DNA from: Fidelibacterota bacterium
GTDB lineage: Bacteria > Fidelibacterota > UBA8477 > JABMPR01
Direction of reading: 5' to 3'
Length of the DNA: 64,000 bases
NCBI GenBank assembly: GCA_018673925.1
Contig: JABHBL010000088.1
Span: 2,516-66,515 of the forward strand
A program made the position numbers and the translations under genes. The notes beneath the pieces are model-generated. The model was not told where the DNA came from. It saw only the letters and a list, made by a program, of their open reading frames with translations, and did no database searches. Positions within the stretch are counted from its first letter, which is position 1. Each line of letters begins with the position of its first letter. Shown here piece after piece: positions 26,738 through 38,454 of this stretch.

Positions 26738-27526
26738 CTAATTACGATGAAGCCTGGATAGTGATAATTGACCTTTGAAAACTAATTGCGCCGGTCCCTT
26801 TAACCAATACTGATTTCCCCGCAGATCGACTTCAAGCTCTCCTCCCGGGAATGAGAGTTTGATGGGCCATTCAAAGTCCCATTTGTCATGGGCAAATATC
26901 GCGGTTGCGACTGCACCGGTCCCGCAGGCCAGGGTTTCCATATTGACGCCTCGCTCCCAGGTTCTGACCTTAATAGAACGAGACAACTTCTCTGCAATAT
27001 TAACATTGGTACCCGATGGATGTGCTTCGTGGGTGTTCATCTTTTTCCCAAGGGGATCAAGATTCTCTGATGCCGTATCCGCTGATGGGATAATTAAGTG
27101 TGGTACACCAGTGTCAATGAATGCACAACCCGTGCTGGGGATGTCCCAATCCTGCAACTTTCCATTTACAATAACTTCAACAGCCACCAGATCGCCAAGG
27201 ATGTCATATTGGTGAATTCCATCATCTGCTGCAAAAGTACCAGATGATTTTGCTCGACCCAGGAATTCAGCAAAGCTCACCAGACAACGGGCACCGTTAC
27301 CACACATTTCCCCGCGGGAACCATCTGCATTATAATAATTCATTTGAAAGTCTGCTGAGTGGTGAGGTTGGAGAATCATGACGCCATCGGCACCAATTCC
27401 AAAACGACGATCACAAATACTAACAATCTGCTGAGCAGTAAGTTTTAGTTTCTGGTTCCAGCTATCAAAGATGACAAAATCATTACCGGCACCCACATAC
27501 TTATAGAAATCAACTGTTTTATTCAT
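26738..27526 (-). CDS. dapF: Diaminopimelate epimerase
   Basis: GAGNDF, RRFGIGADG, NADGSRGEMCGNGARC, ERGV..ETLACGTG; start at MNKTVDF (27526). Confidence 0.95.
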   Translation of the reverse strand: MNKTVDFYKYVGAGNDFVIFDSWNQKLKLTAQQIVSICDRRFGIGADGVMILQPHHSADFQMNYYNADGSRGEMCGNGARCLVSFAEFLGRAKSSGTFAADDGIHQYDILGDLVAVEVIVNGKLQDWDIPSTGCAFIDTGVPHLIIPSADTASENLDPLGKKMNTHEAHPSGTNVNIAEKLSRSIKVRTWERGVNMETLACGTGAVATAIFAHDKWDFEWPIKLSFPGGELEVDLRGNQYWLKGPAQLVFKGQLSLSRLHRN

Positions 27527-29180
27527 GCAAAATCCAGATCCCCAGATCAGTCTCCCAACGGGCTCGCACCTTAATTTCATCTGGATAAAACCAAAAGGGT
27601 TCAGACTTTGCAGCAGGTCCCAGACCACCACTTTGATAGCGGCCGTCACCATTCTCATCTATATAGGCAACCAGGGCATAGGATCGTGCAGGTAAACCCT
27701 CCATGGTAATAACTTCGCCGGGTCTAAGCTGAAAATGACGATCAATCCCCTTCCCGGTGAGTCGACATTCCAAAACATCCACTCCCATGTGCATGACCTT
27801 AAGACTACCAAGAGAATCCTGGTTTACGGTTTTTAAACTGCCAGTCATCAGGCTGTCCAGTTCAGGACCATTCAGAGGTGCATGGAGGTGTTTGGTATCA
27901 ATTTGCCATTGGTAGGTTTTACCATCTTCAAGTAAAGAGTCCGTAGTAAACATCCATGCCATCGTATTAACTTTTTCAAGTGAACCTGTTATATAGACAG
28001 AATCCACTTCTTTATCTACCAGGGTAAATGCAGAATCTGATTTGAACAGAACAGGCAGATTTGAGTTAAGTCCAATTCGTGAAGTTTCCTGCGAAATCTC
28101 AAAATTATCACCATTCAGCCAATCAACTTTTATCGCTCCCAGAGCTAAGGTATCAAAATCAGATTGGGTACTAAGGGTCAGGGTATCGGAATTCAGCACA
28201 AAACCACTGGTATCCTCAAAACTATGAATCCAAATCTGAGAACTATCTCTTAGAGGGGTTGCAACATCCAGCATCATGGCAAAATCATCTTCTTCAACTT
28301 TTGATTTTCCCAATATAGGTATCTTAATATCATTAATAAGGAGCTCGACAGATTCTAAAGCTTCTACTGAGACCATTCGATTCGCTCTGATCTGCATGAG
28401 TTGATCGGCTAGCTGAGACACACCGAGCAATTTTAGACTTTCCAGAGGAACAACCTGTGGCCAAATTTTGTGTCTTGTGAGGATGCTATCCGTTCGAGCC
28501 CATACTGAAGCAACTTCTGGTCTACCAAAATAATCATCACCATCAATCAGCTTATTCTTGTTGCGATCCCAATGATAAAAAAGCGTGTATGAACGTTCAG
28601 ACAGATAGGGTAGCTCAAAATTACCAGCTCCATCAGGTTGAAAAACATAATCAGCCTCCTGTTGTCTCAATAATCCAAGATCCGTATCAAACTGGCGATA
28701 CAGCAGGAGGTCCCCGTTTTTTTTAATATCTTTTGCACCGGAGATTGTCCCCACCAAGCGACCAGCGTTCAAGTCATCACCCGTACTAAAAGCCATGACA
28801 TAGGTAGCCTCAAGCCCATTACCTCGAAGATCCTGGGCACCTTTGTCCAGGGTGAGGAGATAGGTTTCATTAGAGTCAAGCGCTTCACTAAAAGATATTT
28901 TTAACCAGGTCCAACTTGATTTTATCTCGTAGTCACCAGGAGGGCGTGGCCAGATCTGCAGAGAAGACGTAAAAGTTGATTTCTTCATCTGTTCATTAAA
29001 TTTTATCAAAATCTCTGTGTTGGGATCCACATTGACGGTCTCATTCTCAGGTAAGCTGAAAATGATAAGGGGAGCATCTTTATCTTCAGGACCACCTGTA
29101 ATGGGGCGTTCATTTGCACATGTCATAATCAGCGCCAGCAGTATGGCAAATATGAGCAAAGTATAGTGGCGTTTATGCAT
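27519..29180 (-). CDS. Ig-like (Big_5) domain lipoprotein
   Basis: Lipobox-like IMTCA followed by ITGGPEDKDAP, Ig-like segment (IKFNEQM, AFSTG), DxNxN/DxNGD loops. Confidence 0.75.
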   Translation of the reverse strand: MHKRHYTLLIFAILLALIMTCANERPITGGPEDKDAPLIIFSLPENETVNVDPNTEILIKFNEQMKKSTFTSSLQIWPRPPGDYEIKSSWTWLKISFSEALDSNETYLLTLDKGAQDLRGNGLEATYVMAFSTGDDLNAGRLVGTISGAKDIKKNGDLLLYRQFDTDLGLLRQQEADYVFQPDGAGNFELPYLSERSYTLFYHWDRNKNKLIDGDDYFGRPEVASVWARTDSILTRHKIWPQVVPLESLKLLGVSQLADQLMQIRANRMVSVEALESVELLINDIKIPILGKSKVEEDDFAMMLDVATPLRDSSQIWIHSFEDTSGFVLNSDTLTLSTQSDFDTLALGAIKVDWLNGDNFEISQETSRIGLNSNLPVLFKSDSAFTLVDKEVDSVYITGSLEKVNTMAWMFTTDSLLEDGKTYQWQIDTKHLHAPLNGPELDSLMTGSLKTVNQDSLGSLKVMHMGVDVLECRLTGKGIDRHFQLRPGEVITMEGLPARSYALVAYIDENGDGRYQSGGLGPAAKSEPFWFYPDEIKVRARWETDLGIWILHE

Positions 29181-29883
29181 GCTTGTGCTCCAGAGTATAG
29201 GGAATAGAAGATCTCAGGGTCATTGAATCTGGTTTTAATTTTGTCGTGTAGACAACCAATTCTACACCATTGTTAACTGAACTCTGAAGGGCTTGTGCAA
29301 ATTCCGGGTCTCTTCCCCAATGGGGCTCAAAGGAGAGGGCATCTGAGCGTTGGATAATGAATAAGACAGCTGCTGAGCGCGTTAGAGTGATAGATTCGCC
29401 GAGATGCAAGACATGACGTCTCCCTCTCGAAGTCACAGCATCTGGGAATCTGGCGATGCCATCCTCAACCAGGGTGGCTGACTTTACTTCTAACAGTTTT
29501 TCCTGGCCATCTCTCTCCAGCAAAAAGTCAAACCGGGATTTCCCAAGAGTGTATTCCTGCTTTTTGACCGACCATCCTTTGAATTCTGGTATGAGTGAAT
29601 TGTCCAAACAGAAGCGTGTGAATCGATTAGGTAGTTGTGAATTAATAGAAATAAGTTCATCACCAGAATAGACCATCACCGTGGCAAACTTGGTTCTTCT
29701 ATTTTCCCCTGACTTTGGTTCCACCAGGACTCGAGCCCCAGGAAATAATAATTCTTTAAGACGTCCGGGATCTGGAACATGGGAGTCGTGTACCTTGCCA
29801 TCAATTCGAACTTTTGAGAGGAATCGGTTGGGTCGATCCACAAACTCAGCTTCTATCAATCCAGTGGCAAGAGACATCTCCAT
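29173..29883 (-). CDS. sfsA: DNA/RNA nuclease SfsA
   Basis: RPNRF, HVPDPGRLKELL, SRFDF, EVKSATL, FPDAVTSRGRRH. Confidence 0.93.
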   Translation of the reverse strand: MEMSLATGLIEAEFVDRPNRFLSKVRIDGKVHDSHVPDPGRLKELLFPGARVLVEPKSGENRRTKFATVMVYSGDELISINSQLPNRFTRFCLDNSLIPEFKGWSVKKQEYTLGKSRFDFLLERDGQEKLLEVKSATLVEDGIARFPDAVTSRGRRHVLHLGESITLTRSAAVLFIIQRSDALSFEPHWGRDPEFAQALQSSVNNGVELVVYTTKLKPDSMTLRSSIPYTLEHKHA

Positions 29884-29885
29884 AT

Positions 29886-31037
<1,152 letters not shown>

Positions 31038-31059
31038 TCAACTCTATATCTAAAATAAG

Positions 31060-32406
31060 TCAAAATATTTCATCTACAGCTGCACTCAAACTACGTACAG
31101 GCACAATGGTAAGTCCCAAATCTTCAAGCCCCTTGTGTTCTCCATGGGGTAGAATGATACGATTGAAACCAAGTTTTTTTGCTTCTTCGACCCTTCTTCG
31201 GATCTGCCCGACGTTGCGAACTTCTCCTCCAAGACCGACTTCACCAATAATGAGGGCACCTGCATCTACCACCCGATTTTTTAAGCTTGAAATAATTGCA
31301 ATAGCGACACCCAGATCTGCAGCAGGTTCTGCAATTTTCAAACCACTCACAACATTTATGAATACATCTTGAGTACCTAATTGGAACCCAGCTCTACGCT
31401 CCAACACAGCCAGAAGCATCTGTAATCTACGTAGATCGAAACCCGTCACATTACGTTGTGGATTTCCATAGGAAGCGCTCGCCACGAGAGCTTGTACTTC
31501 GAGAAAGAAAGTGCGACTCCCTTCCTGACTGGTAACCACCACAGTACCACTTACATCCGAATGACGCTGAGAGAGAAACAGTTTCGCAGGATTTTCAACT
31601 GGAATGAGACCCTCTCTGGCCATTTCATATACACCCAATTCATTGGTAGAACCGAATCGATTCTTGGCTGCTCGCAGGAGTCGAACCTGTGATTGGCGAT
31701 CTCCTTCCAGATATAGAACTGTATCAACGAGATGCTCCAACATTTTTGGACCAGCTAGATAGCCATCCTTGGTGATATGACCCACCAATATGATGCAAAC
31801 ATTCATCTCCTTGGCTATACGTAACAACTGAGCGGCACTCTCTCGTACCTGGCTGATGCTACCAGGTAGATTTTCGCCTGCCTCCGAATAGGCGGTCTGA
31901 ATGGAATCTACAATCACCACAGCGGGTTTTAGCTCATTGATACTCCTGGCAATATTTTCAACGACAGAATCGTTGGCAAACATGAGTTTTTCAGCCTTTA
32001 CTCCAAGACGATCTGCACGCATGGCGAGTTGCTCACCACTTTCCTCACCAGAGAAGTACAATATTGGATGACCAGCTGCAGCCATGAGTCCACTGAGTTG
32101 AAGAAGCAAGGTGGATTTACCAATACCTGGCTGACCACCAAATAAGATGATGCTGCCTTTCACCAGTCCCCCACCCAGAACGGAATCAAATTCCGATTGG
32201 GAGGTTTTTATCCGATTTTCAGCATCACGGGTAATTGAATCAAGGGGTTTTAATTCTGCTCTTTGACCACCGGGGGTTACTTTGAGTTTAGATTGCTTGA
32301 ACTCTTTAACCGTTTCCCAGGCACCACAACTGCCACACCTCCCCACCCATTTAGGATGTTCGGCACCACAGTCATCACAGACATATACAGTCTTAATTTT
32401 GGCCAT
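31060..32406 (-). CDS. radA: DNA repair protein RadA/Sms
   Basis: Zn finger CDDCG..CGSCG, GQPGIGKSTLLLQ, KNRFG, Lon-like C-terminus. Confidence 0.97.
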   Translation of the reverse strand: MAKIKTVYVCDDCGAEHPKWVGRCGSCGAWETVKEFKQSKLKVTPGGQRAELKPLDSITRDAENRIKTSQSEFDSVLGGGLVKGSIILFGGQPGIGKSTLLLQLSGLMAAAGHPILYFSGEESGEQLAMRADRLGVKAEKLMFANDSVVENIARSINELKPAVVIVDSIQTAYSEAGENLPGSISQVRESAAQLLRIAKEMNVCIILVGHITKDGYLAGPKMLEHLVDTVLYLEGDRQSQVRLLRAAKNRFGSTNELGVYEMAREGLIPVENPAKLFLSQRHSDVSGTVVVTSQEGSRTFFLEVQALVASASYGNPQRNVTGFDLRRLQMLLAVLERRAGFQLGTQDVFINVVSGLKIAEPAADLGVAIAIISSLKNRVVDAGALIIGEVGLGGEVRNVGQIRRRVEEAKKLGFNRIILPHGEHKGLEDLGLTIVPVRSLSAAVDEIF

Positions 32407-32427
32407 ATTCTTTTTTACTGACTTTCT

Positions 32428-33201
32428 TTAAAAAACGAGGGTTGCAACTGCGTAATCATTTACCAGGATGATGGTGGCTGAAATAACAAATGCTTGAATG
32501 GCTGCCCGACCAACACCGCTGGCTCCCCGAGTTGCTTTCAGACCAACCCAACAGCTGATCAATCCAACGGATATTCCGAAGGTTAGAGCTTTGGCAATCC
32601 CAGGTATCACATCTTCAGTAACCACAAATACGGACTGGAATGAATTAAAAAACATTCTAACGCTAATATTAAAAAAGGCATCACCTATCAATGCAGCTGT
32701 GAAGAGAGCAATGATATCAGCGACCACAACCAGCAAGGGCATCATGATTATCATGGCTACCACACGTGGTGCTACTAGATGGCGTATGGGGTTGATGCCC
32801 ATGACTTCCAGGGCATCAATTTGCTCGGTAACCTTCATGGTAGCGATCTCAGCACCAATGGAGGAACCATTGCGACCAGCCAATACCAACGCAGTCAGGA
32901 CAGGTCCCATCTCAGACAAAATACCTACTGCGACGATTTGCCCGAAAAATCTAGGTGGCAGTGTATCTTCCAACTGATAGGCACCCTGCCATCCGGCTAC
33001 AGCACCGGCGAAGACAGCGATAATGCTTACCAGAGGAAGAGCTTTCACACCCAATCGATAAAGTTGTTCGTTGTACAGAACCCGATCCTGATGGAAGTAG
33101 CGAATACATTTTAAAGCCTGGCCTAAGAGGATGAATACTTCACCAATATTAGCAACCAGACCTATAGTTTCGCGACCAAGCAGCCGAATCAGTTTTAGCA
33201 T
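32428..33201 (-). CDS. mlaE: MlaE-family ABC transporter permease
   Basis: EMGPVLTALVLAGRNGSSIGAEIATMKVTEQIDALEVMG. Confidence 0.93.
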   Translation of the reverse strand: MLKLIRLLGRETIGLVANIGEVFILLGQALKCIRYFHQDRVLYNEQLYRLGVKALPLVSIIAVFAGAVAGWQGAYQLEDTLPPRFFGQIVAVGILSEMGPVLTALVLAGRNGSSIGAEIATMKVTEQIDALEVMGINPIRHLVAPRVVAMIIMMPLLVVVADIIALFTAALIGDAFFNISVRMFFNSFQSVFVVTEDVIPGIAKALTFGISVGLISCWVGLKATRGASGVGRAAIQAFVISATIILVNDYAVATLVF

Positions 33202-36200
33202 TAAAAGTCCAGACCGAGGGACCAGATATGCTGACGATTATTCCAGAGAGTATCTTCGGACATATCAAAGGCCATGTCATAGCGGAGCACAAAAATTCCC
33301 AGATTCATACGCATTCCAAAACCAGTGCCCCAGTAGATATTATTTTGATCTTGAAACAGAGCTTCAGGAAGACTCTTACCTGCAATCTGTTGAGCATCCC
33401 AGGTTTTCACCCAATCGCTAAACAATTCTCCCCTCACATTTCCAACCACCATAGATATTGGCCACTTCACAGAGAGATATTCAATAAATGGGAATCGAAA
33501 TTCAGCATTAAAGGCGGTGTAATGATTGCCTGTGTATGCAAAATATGGAGCTCCTCGGACAGGCACTACATATTCTGAAAAATACAGATCCTCATAATCT
33601 GAAAGGATATCGATATAAGCGTTATCCAATTGGTAATTAATCCAGTTTGATATTCCGCCTGCCATAAATGTTTCCGGGGTTTTTCCATAACTACTGGCAG
33701 CAGATGCCCTCAGTGCAAAAGAATACTCACGTCCCACTTTTATATATTTCCGAATATCAGTTCTGAAAGTGGCAAATTGTCGTGATGAGTTCGGCATGTC
33801 AGGCGAGAACCTGAAACCAGTCTCCATACGCCACCCTGATATGGGATACAGACTGCCATACAATACATTATCAAAGCTCAATTTCACTTCTGGAAGTACA
33901 TAGCTTTTATTGACAGAAAATCCAACTCTATCTCGATTCTCAAATGTCCGATCCAAATAACTGATACTCTGATAAATGTTCAACCAGTTCACGCTGGTTT
34001 CAAATCGGGTATATTTTGAGAAAGGATAGTCCAGACCAAATATTGCTCCATATTTCCTAAAATGCCATAGTGCGAGAAAATAGTCAGGGGTGTAACTCAG
34101 ATAATCGTCAGGCAGATTGTAAATCCTGGCGTGCAAATTGGCTCTATTAGGTAAATAGTCATAGCCCAACATGAGATCAGAATTATCCAGGTTACGGTAC
34201 AATTCAAATCCAAATTGAATCTGATGGTTACCCATAATGTCAGAGAATACCATGAGGGCATTACCTTGAACACCAAAAAAGTTGGAATAACCCGCCTGGG
34301 CATCAACCAGATCGACAGTAAAACGAGTCTTGTACTTATTCACCTCATAGGCACCCGTGCTATCCCTGGTGTTTAATACGACTGCCTCAGGTGCTTCTGT
34401 TGTACCTTGTGCTTCTGAAAACTGATCTCCATAGGCAAAAACATGGGTCTCAAAGGGATTGATATTCTGATTCTCAGGAACCGGCATTGAATCAGTATAT
34501 GTCAAATCCAGTTGGATATTTTTCCGCTTTAGATAATTTGAAAATGAGGGAGTGTTGGCCTGCTCTTTTAGCGCGAGGGGGTTGTTCATGGTAAATATAT
34601 CCCATCCACCCTTCTCATATCCTGCAAAGACAAGTCTGGAATCATCCTTACTCCAACTTATTTGAAAGATACCTGTCATGATATCTGTTACGGGTATTTC
34701 AATCTCCGTTTCAAAATCATAAAAGTAGATATTCCATATTCCGCTACGATCTGAAGTGTAGGCCAATTTCGGGCTTGTGTTTGCATAACTTGGTGAATCC
34801 TCACTACCAGGTGTGTTGGTGATCCGCTTGATATGTCCAGATTCAATATTCATAGTGAAAATATCTGTTGAGCGAAAATCATGGTTATGCAGTATTTCAC
34901 GAGACTGTGGAGAGCCTGGAGTGACCAGACCTGTCAGCAATGAGTTACCACGATCAGATACGAAAGCCAACTCCTTACCATCTGGTGACCAGGTAGGTCG
35001 TGTATCTGAAAATAAATCTCTGGTAAGTTGTGTAACCTCTTTGGTTTCAAGTGAGTAAAGAAACAGGTCACTGGCTCCATCCTTCAATCCTGAGAAAACC
35101 ACCGATTTACCATCTGGCGACCAGGATGCGGTGAAAATTCCGTCCAATCCAAGTTTGCGAACCTTCCGGGTTTCCTTCTCTGTGTCAAAGAAAATTAGTG
35201 CATCTTCATTGCCAGATTTTGCTGTAAACACGAGGTGCCTATTGTCTGGCGCCCATGACAAACCAGGGCTCAACCATTTTAATTCTTCCAGTTCAGCTGT
35301 ACGTTGACCCGAAATAATTTTGGTTAGCTCTCGTCCATCATCTGAGGACATTACATAGATATCTGCGTATCCGGATCGATCTGATAGAAAGGCAACTTTG
35401 CCCCCATTGGGAGAAATCGCAGGACTTACATTAAAATAGTTTCTGATTTTACTGTGATCAGTCAACCGGTGGCCTACATCGTCCAGGTTGCTACGGCCTT
35501 CAATGTCTGGCCAATAATCTTTTCGCACTGAGAAATGCCATTTTTCAGTCAAGGTTTCTAGATCCAGGTGGAGGGTATTCTCAATGGCTTTGGGAACGTC
35601 CTTAAAATGGCGCGTCTCATGTAAAATTTCACCAATGCGTTCCACACCAAAAGTTTCTCCAATATATCGAACAACACTTTGGCCACCCTTATAGGCCATA
35701 TAGTAGTTCAGGTATTGAATGGGAGGTAGACTTCCATTGATGGCTGCATCGCGAATAATCATATCGGCTCGAGAGTCCCAGTCCAGGGAGGAATACTCAG
35801 CATATCCTTCACTCAACCATAGTGGAATATTCACTCTCATTTTTCCTGAGACAATGGATTGTACATTCCCACCGAAGATGAGGTCATTGACGACAGCATG
35901 GGTTAGTTCGTGATGGAGCACATGTCTGAATTGTTCATAACTTCCTTCAAAGGGTAGTACCACTCGGTTCTTAAACAATTCTGTAAAACCACCAATACCT
36001 TCTTGCAGATATCCCAGGGTCACATTGGTCTGCTGAAAGTCGTTGTGAGAATTATATACCAGTATGGCTATGCGCTTGCTAAGACGCCAGTCTAATTGAT
36101 ATGATATTTGATCATAAGATTTCTCAGCTACGTTTGCAGCAAATTCTGCGATGGACTCACCACCTTCATAAAAATAGACATCAAAATGGGGGGTCTGGAT

Positions 36201-36329
36201 AAATGACCAATCCATTCCACGATATTGCACTTTATTTTTTCCATATTTTGCCTCGACTGGATTGACCATAACAATCAATGCAATCATGGCAGTCAACAGA
36301 ATCTTCTTTATAGGATAAATATTCTTCAT
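33201..36329 (-). CDS. Omp85-family outer membrane protein with gluzincin-like peptidase domain and TolB/PD40 propeller
   Basis: YGKNKVQY, HHELTH...WLSEGYAEY, repeated P.WSPDG, C-terminal barrel (VRG, NAEFRFP, terminal LGLDF). Start set at MKNIY (36329). Confidence 0.85.
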   Translation of the reverse strand: MKNIYPIKKILLTAMIALIVMVNPVEAKYGKNKVQYRGMDWSFIQTPHFDVYFYEGGESIAEFAANVAEKSYDQISYQLDWRLSKRIAILVYNSHNDFQQTNVTLGYLQEGIGGFTELFKNRVVLPFEGSYEQFRHVLHHELTHAVVNDLIFGGNVQSIVSGKMRVNIPLWLSEGYAEYSSLDWDSRADMIIRDAAINGSLPPIQYLNYYMAYKGGQSVVRYIGETFGVERIGEILHETRHFKDVPKAIENTLHLDLETLTEKWHFSVRKDYWPDIEGRSNLDDVGHRLTDHSKIRNYFNVSPAISPNGGKVAFLSDRSGYADIYVMSSDDGRELTKIISGQRTAELEELKWLSPGLSWAPDNRHLVFTAKSGNEDALIFFDTEKETRKVRKLGLDGIFTASWSPDGKSVVFSGLKDGASDLFLYSLETKEVTQLTRDLFSDTRPTWSPDGKELAFVSDRGNSLLTGLVTPGSPQSREILHNHDFRSTDIFTMNIESGHIKRITNTPGSEDSPSYANTSPKLAYTSDRSGIWNIYFYDFETEIEIPVTDIMTGIFQISWSKDDSRLVFAGYEKGGWDIFTMNNPLALKEQANTPSFSNYLKRKNIQLDLTYTDSMPVPENQNINPFETHVFAYGDQFSEAQGTTEAPEAVVLNTRDSTGAYEVNKYKTRFTVDLVDAQAGYSNFFGVQGNALMVFSDIMGNHQIQFGFELYRNLDNSDLMLGYDYLPNRANLHARIYNLPDDYLSYTPDYFLALWHFRKYGAIFGLDYPFSKYTRFETSVNWLNIYQSISYLDRTFENRDRVGFSVNKSYVLPEVKLSFDNVLYGSLYPISGWRMETGFRFSPDMPNSSRQFATFRTDIRKYIKVGREYSFALRASAASSYGKTPETFMAGGISNWINYQLDNAYIDILSDYEDLYFSEYVVPVRGAPYFAYTGNHYTAFNAEFRFPFIEYLSVKWPISMVVGNVRGELFSDWVKTWDAQQIAGKSLPEALFQDQNNIYWGTGFGMRMNLGIFVLRYDMAFDMSEDTLWNNRQHIWSLGLDF

Positions 36330-36504
36330 ATTATGGTGTATGCCGGGAGCTCCTTTGGGTTCCAATAATTCTGATCAAGATAAGCCTCACCCTGATATTT
36401 GTCAAACGCTCAGACCACCTGATTTCGACCAACTTATAACGTTTACATGATTAATTTCCTACAATTCGCATGGTACTTTAGTCAGAGTTGGTTATTTTGG
36501 TTGA

Positions 36505-37275
36505 ATGAATAATAAAGCCTACTTCCTTTCAGATGTGCACCTACGAATCCAGGTTGATGATGTTGAGCGTGAACGCCGCAAAGAACTATTTCTGCTCATG
36601 GACAAGATAAAGACCGAAAAAGCCACCCTCTTTATCGTTGGAGATTGGTTCGATTTCTATTTTGAATATGGTTATGTGGTTTCCCAGGCTTATCTGGATG
36701 TCTATTCAAAAATGAAGGAGTTGGTTGACGCCGGGATTACCATCTACTATTTCGGAGGAAATCATGATTATTGGATTGGACCATTTTTATCGGAGTCAAT
36801 CGGCGTAAAAATTTACCCCAAAGCAGCCACCATTGAGTTTGCGGAGAAGCAATTCTACTTCAATCACGGTGATGGACTTGATCCCGAGGATGTTGGATAT
36901 CACCGCTTACGCAGTGTTATACAGCACCCCCTCTTTATCTGGGCCTTCAGGTGGCTCCTTCACCCCAATGTCACCCATTGGATCGCCAATTGGCTGTCAA
37001 AAGGCAGTAGGAAAAAATACCACAAAGAGACATCCATTGACCACTTGAATCTCATACGTAAAAACTATTCATTTGCAGAGGATAGATTTGCTGAAGGTGC
37101 GGATTTTGTTATCACTGGACATATCCATTATCCAAAATTAAAAATGTTCGACAAAAATGGCTTTCTCACCATTGGAGACTTCCTCAATTATTTCAGCTAT
37201 GGATATTTTGATGGAGTGAATCTATCACTTAAACAATGGCATGTTAAGCAATTGGAACAAAGGGAATTACCTTGA
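36505..37275 (+). CDS. lpxH: UDP-2,3-diacylglucosamine diphosphatase (LpxH-like metallophosphoesterase)
   Basis: SDVHL, GDWFDF, GNHD, HGDG, GHIH. Confidence 0.85.
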   Translation: MNNKAYFLSDVHLRIQVDDVERERRKELFLLMDKIKTEKATLFIVGDWFDFYFEYGYVVSQAYLDVYSKMKELVDAGITIYYFGGNHDYWIGPFLSESIGVKIYPKAATIEFAEKQFYFNHGDGLDPEDVGYHRLRSVIQHPLFIWAFRWLLHPNVTHWIANWLSKGSRKKYHKETSIDHLNLIRKNYSFAEDRFAEGADFVITGHIHYPKLKMFDKNGFLTIGDFLNYFSYGYFDGVNLSLKQWHVKQLEQRELP

Positions 37276-37300
37276 CTTCAAGCTGTATTTTCTATAAACT
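37272..37300 (+). promoter_or_regulatory. Sigma70-type promoter for the HEAT-repeat gene pair
   Basis: TTGACT-17 bp-TAAACT. Confidence 0.55.
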
Positions 37301-37338
37301 GATTTGATACTTTTCACGATATTATTGAATAGAAATTG

Positions 37339-38454
37339 ATGGATTTCAACATGAAGCATTTATCCAAACAAGTACTTTTGATCCTGATGCTTGGTCTCGT
37401 CATTGGATCTTTTACCAATTGTAGTTCTTCCAAGGAGGCCACCAAAGCTGGAATTGATGAAGCTTACAGCGATTATAGAGATGGTAATAAAAAGGCCTTA
37501 AACAACCTGATTAGCTTCTACAGAGACACTTCATTGCCCGTAGAAGTTCGCAAGGAAGCCATGTTAAAGGTCATTGAATCCAATGATCCTGTGGGTTTGC
37601 AGGCCATCAGGAATTCCCTCAAAGATGGTAGTGATCTGGATTATACCCTTTTTCAGACAGGTCTTCAGGCCCTTGGAAAAACTAAAGATACTGAAAACAC
37701 CAAAACTATTCTACAGGCCATGGCGGTTAGCCGTACAGGTTATGTGACAGTACGGGATGAAATGTTCACCATCATCGAGGATCAGGTTGATGCTCGTTCC
37801 GTGGCACTCATCTTAAAATTATATGCTGATGCTACGGAAGATTATGCCGCTTTCTTACAGAATTTGACCCTTACCCTTGGCAAAATGGATGATGCGCGTG
37901 TGGTACCCATTCTCATGTCCATTGCGAAAAATAAAAAAATTGATATCTCAATTAGAAATCTTGCTGTAGAGATTCTTGCTACCAAAAATGATCCCGCAGT
38001 TGCCCGTCTTATGGCGGAAATGCTAAGTAATCCCTCGACACAAAATGAAGTTAAAACCTATGCGATCTCCCTAATGGATGAGATGAAGGATGAACGTCTA
38101 CTGTCAAGTATGATTGATGCGCTACACAATGAACAAGTGACCTATTATGGGATGTTGGATGCCATTACTTCTTCATTGGGTAATTTTGACGATCCAGAAT
38201 TAAAAATGGCGCTCGTAAAAGTTGCTCGTGATGATCAGATGCCCAGTCGATTCCGTAAAAGGGCCATTGCATCTCTCTCAGTTTATAAGGACCCCGTGAT
38301 TACAAATCAATTGATTGATATACTGGGCAATCCTGATAATTATATTTTTTATAATGATCTTAGGGTTTTAGTCGGATCCATAGACGATCCTGAACTCCTA
38401 CAGAAACTGCAGCATATTGCTCGCACAACCCAAAGCAAATGGGAGCGTGAATAA
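37339..38454 (+). CDS. HEAT-repeat lipoprotein
   Basis: Lipobox-like FTNC; repeated helical units (VRKEAM, IRNLAVEILA, FRKRAIASL). Confidence 0.7.
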   Translation: MDFNMKHLSKQVLLILMLGLVIGSFTNCSSSKEATKAGIDEAYSDYRDGNKKALNNLISFYRDTSLPVEVRKEAMLKVIESNDPVGLQAIRNSLKDGSDLDYTLFQTGLQALGKTKDTENTKTILQAMAVSRTGYVTVRDEMFTIIEDQVDARSVALILKLYADATEDYAAFLQNLTLTLGKMDDARVVPILMSIAKNKKIDISIRNLAVEILATKNDPAVARLMAEMLSNPSTQNEVKTYAISLMDEMKDERLLSSMIDALHNEQVTYYGMLDAITSSLGNFDDPELKMALVKVARDDQMPSRFRKRAIASLSVYKDPVITNQLIDILGNPDNYIFYNDLRVLVGSIDDPELLQKLQHIARTTQSKWERE

